A stretch of 64,000 bases of DNA from Eledone cirrhosa (lineage: Eukaryota). Positions 59,199-64,000 of the stretch are shown one piece after another. Position 1 is the first letter of the stretch. Each line of letters begins with the position of its first letter. Made by a program: the position numbers and the translations under genes. Under the pieces are notes generated by a model that saw nothing but the letters and a program-made list of their open reading frames with translations, was not told the DNA's origin and did no database searches. Where the stretch lies: positions 141,794,001 to 141,858,000 of the forward strand of contig OZ024740.1 of NCBI GenBank assembly GCA_964016885.1, given 5' to 3'.

Positions 59199-59268
<70 letters not shown>

Positions 59269-59318
59269 ACATTTTTTCCTCGCGCCCGTCCCCTCAATCT
59301 ATCTTATTTCTCATTCTT

Positions 59319-59354
59319 TCTTCTGATGAAGGACTAGCGTCCGAAACGTTAAGA
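59319..59354 (+). ncRNA. Minimal hammerhead (family G) in insert about 59265-59447; 3' stub also at about 15974-16010(-)
   Basis: tctt-CTGATGA-a-ggac(tagc)gtcc-GAAA-cg-TT-aaga, containing the AACGUU palindrome. Confidence 0.85.
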
Positions 59355-59452
59355 CCCTCTTCCTGCTATATCAAGCGTAAACCTAATATATACCTTCCAT
59401 ATACTGTACCGATTGTGTTGTTATTTCTGTTTACGTTTTACATACATACTTA

Positions 59453-59957
<505 letters not shown>

Positions 59958-59983
59958 ATATATATATATACAGACACACACAA

Positions 59984-60050
<67 letters not shown>

Positions 60051-60065
60051 TACAGACACACACAA

Positions 60066-60130
<65 letters not shown>

Positions 60131-60808
60131 AGTCTACATGTGTGTGAGTATGCTTGTGTGTATTATTTTTCAGACGGCGAGGAAAACACATAAATTACCC
60201 TTTTATATATTTTGAGCATTCATTCAGTTGCTGTTTTAATGTTTCCATGTATGATTATAGAAAGAACACCTCCATTAATATATATATATATATATATATA
60301 TACTGACACACTCACACATATACACATAAGATTACATATATATACAAGTGTATGTGTCTGTGTCATGTGTACAGGAAGAAACTGCGATGGAGCTAAAACA
60401 GTAGGAAATAGATGTGAAAGACGATTTATGGCTAATGTTAGTAAATGGCTTATACTAACTATATAAATAACTAAATAACTTAGAAATAAAAGAAGTGAAG
60501 AAAGAAACATAGTATAACAGTAATTGTAAACAACATATGGTTCATTCGAATGCAGATAATCAATTAGTAATGAAAAGGATAAAAAATACTAAAGAAAGGC
60601 AATGAATAACAAGTAGCATGGAGGTGAGCGCTGTGACGTTCTAGAATGGCAGCCATTTTGTCTTCCCGTTCGTCTGGCTTCAGTCGCCATTTCTGTTAGC
60701 TTTTAGCAACCTTGAATACGCAGATATAAAAGTCATATTGTCTGTTGATCTTAAAACGTTTGGCTACTATATTTAGAGGCGCTTTTCAAAGCTTTTGAAA
60801 TAATATCT

Positions 60809-60862
<54 letters not shown>

Positions 60863-61092
60863 GAGGTGAGAGAGAGATGAATAAATAGAGAGGGGTTAGA
60901 AAGAAAGAGAAAGAGGGATATATAACTATGGAGAACGAGAGGAGAGAGAGGACAGAAAGACAAAAGGACAATTTAAAATAAAAAGTAAGAACAAAAGTAA
61001 TTGCAGGCAATAAATCAATAGACAATAAACAAGACCAAATAAACATTCACATACATACATGCATGTGCATACACACATACGTGCGGGCTTAT

Positions 61093-61126
<34 letters not shown>

Positions 61127-61545
61127 GCACGCATGCACGCATACACACAGAGATACACATACTTGCTGACAACCGATCTAGACCGAAAGCAGAAGACTAG
61201 TGTGCTTCTAAATTAAATATATCGCATGCATAATTACCATAATCGTAATCATCATGATAACGATGATCATGATCAATAGTAGCATCATCATCATCATCAT
61301 CTTCATTATCATAATTATAATTATAATCATCATCATCGTCGTCTTCGTCGACATCGTCGTCATGCTCACTAGGATTTAATGGATTATATCGACTACAATA
61401 CTTATTTTTCCAAATTTGGTATTAATTTTAACAGAATCTATTTCACGAACTGCTCAGTTACGGGACATAAACTAATAAAACTAATAAAACGCGTTGTTAA
61501 ACAGTATCGGCGTAAACACATACACGGAAAGACAAAGACACACAG

Positions 61546-61627
<82 letters not shown>

Positions 61628-61829
61628 TTTGAAGTTGGTGGTTCACCACTGGATAGTTAACCTGTGTAGTTAACCATGACGTAATATTATGAAAAGCACT
61701 CAACGTAACACAACTGAATAATCTTTGGTGTAAGATTCCATTGGTGGTGCGTGGAATGAGTTAAACATTATTGAATAAAGCGACAGGAGGCTGGAAAGTT
61801 GAAATTCCTTTAAAGGTATTATTCTGAAG

Positions 61830-61881
61830 GCACTATATTTATTTCAATGACCAGTAAGGTTCCAGTGACATCATCAGGTGC
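61830..61881 (-). ncRNA. Minimal type I hammerhead (stem II degenerate) in (TA)n-flanked insert about 61627-62025
   Basis: gcac-CTGATGA-tgtcactggaaccttactggtcatt-GAAA-taaata-TA-gtgc. Confidence 0.72.
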
Positions 61882-62023
61882 ATTGCATAACAGCTATAAA
61901 GGAAACATGGTGAACACAGGTTGTGTACACGGAGACAAAATAAGGATGAAAAATAAGGATAAGAATACTCGACTTGGGGGCAGCCTACGGCCGATCCCTT
62001 AGACTCATTGCCCCTGTTGTGTT

Positions 62024-62071
<48 letters not shown>

Positions 62072-62090
62072 CTCTATTTGCTAGACCTTG

Positions 62091-62163
<73 letters not shown>

Positions 62164-62262
62164 ATACTTTGGGAGGGTCATGTTGCCAATAAGAAACACA
62201 CGCACCAGTTTTCAGATAAAGAATCTTGCTAAACAAATTCAGAGACGAAATATATATATATT

Positions 62263-62295
<33 letters not shown>

Positions 62296-62304
62296 TTTTA
62301 TATA

Positions 62305-62953
62305 GGAGAGTATTGAAGTTTGCTTGAAGCATTGTGTAAGAATACATTTTTTTTTTGTCGTTTTGGAAGCTTCAACAATGCAGATGGGTATTTCTCTGGG
62401 TAATAGGATCCGGTGGTGAAGAGAGAGATGTAAGGGAATGTAGAATGAGACGTCTAGAGTGTGTAGAGGAACGTAGGAAAGAGCGTAAAAAATAAAAATA
62501 ATAACACGAGATAGAGTTACCTTGGGAGAGATTTAATTGTCTCTATATTTCGGATTCGCATCCATCAACTGGGGGTTTCCCGGGGGGGGGGGGGGAGTTA
62601 TCTGTCGGAGTGGAACGGTACGTGGCCTCTGTTGTCCGCTGTTTGTGTGTAACAAACAGCGGACAACAGAGGCCACGTACCGTTCCTCTCCGACAGATAA
62701 CTTCCCCCCCCCCCCCGGAAAATCCCCCAGTTGATGGATGCGAATCCGAAATATAGAGACAATTAAATCTCTCCCAAGGTAACTCTATCTTGTGTTATTA
62801 TTTTTAATTTTTACGTTATTTCCTACGTTCCTCTACACACTATACATCTCATTCTAAATTCCCTTACATCTCTCTCTTCACCACCGGATTCTGTTACACG
62901 GAGATTTACCCATCTGCATTATTGAGGCTTCCAAAACGACAAAAAGAAATTTA
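62305..62953. mobile_element. About 300-bp-arm palindromic insert in (TA)n
   Basis: About 62352-62646 is inverted relative to 62652-62945, with a loop of about 5 nt, scattered substitutions and mirrored poly-G/poly-C tracts. Confidence 0.92.
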
Positions 62954-62986
62954 TATATATATATAATATATATATATGTGTGTATA

Positions 62987-63270
62987 TAGAAGTAGTTCCA
63001 CAACAGTTAGTTCACCATACCTAGAATAAATGTTTCACCTTATGCTCGGTCTGAGTGAAGTTGTACGGAAAAGGAAAAACAACCGTATGAATACGCATGC
63101 GCAGAAACGGTCACTTCTCCTGGGAAATGTAATCCCACGGTCGAAGATTTGGATAAGGTGAAACATTTGTTCTCGGTATGGTGAACTAAGTGGAGCTACT
63201 TCTACCAAACTCGTCCCATGGACTGAGTACTCTGCTACTACGAATATAACCCTCCAGTGTTCTACTATTA
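62987..63270. mobile_element. Fold-back (TA)n insert (family D)
   Basis: 62987-63044 is inverted relative to about 63153-63203. The right arm continues to ccagtgttctac followed by (ta)n. Confidence 0.75.
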
Positions 63271-63892
63271 TATATATATATATATATATATATAAACACA
63301 CAGCGGGTTTCTGCAATGTATCCCCATACCAAATTTAATAACGAATCATTGATCGACCCATAAAAAGCCAAGGTGCCACCAAATTGAAAACCACCTGGTT
63401 GTGAAGTGAACTTCTGGAAACAAAACACAGCTTTATCCCTTTCTTATTCTTTTCCATTCCATCAATAAGATATGCATAACTCCCATTCTACTACCACCCC
63501 TTCCTTTCTCATGCACTCTCTCTCTCTCTCTTTCTGTCACAATCTCTTTCTTTTCATCAATTTCCTTGAGTTTCTGATTGTTAAGAAATTATCTTAATTT
63601 ATTCGGTTGTCATAACTAAATTTAGATTTCAAATTTGCACTGATGATATCTTTTGAAATTGAAACACGTACGCACATGCAACTGGAATATTATCATGAAA
63701 CAAATAAGAACTAGATTATACCCGTCATTATTTTCCTCTTTTTAAAATTCATTTTCTAAATATATATTTTTTTAATAATACTTTTTAAAATGTTATTCCA
63801 AATAGCAAAAAAAATAATAAAATTTCTCACATGCCAATTTTTTCTTTCACAAATAACACATGGATCAAGGAAAAAGTGCGATATATATATAC

Positions 63893-63982
<90 letters not shown>

Positions 63983-64000
63983 ATATGTATATATATAGAT

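Noticed and set aside
60640-60700. YY1-like GCCATTTT motifs as a promoter (also about 24042 and 51613)
   Set aside because: Short motifs with no linked gene or CpG island, so not supportable from sequence alone.

Overview
Gene-poor, AT-rich, microsatellite-saturated animal DNA. The repeat content suggests a cephalopod such as Octopus, but this is inferred and cannot be shown from the window. No intact protein-coding gene is supported, and nearly all listed ORFs are translated (TA)n/(CA)n/(GA)n tracts. Ordinary repeats are tRNA-derived SINEs, decayed RTE and L1/Tx1 LINEs, a mariner relic, two Helitron derivatives, two hAT-type MITEs and a 50-bp minisatellite. The standout signal is a dense set of type I hammerhead ribozyme (HHR) motifs from about 12 unrelated sequence families, nearly all in inserts that sit in (TA)n, or (CA)n for one family. 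Three of these families are linked to Penelope-like GIY-YIG endonuclease remnants. One is an apparently identical 311-bp tandem array (retrozyme-like, 9 HHR copies) that flips orientation internally. Many inserts are fold-back structures whose two 3' ends point outward into the microsatellite, and whose inner junctions often fall at or inside the ribozyme. All motifs and alignments were read by eye.
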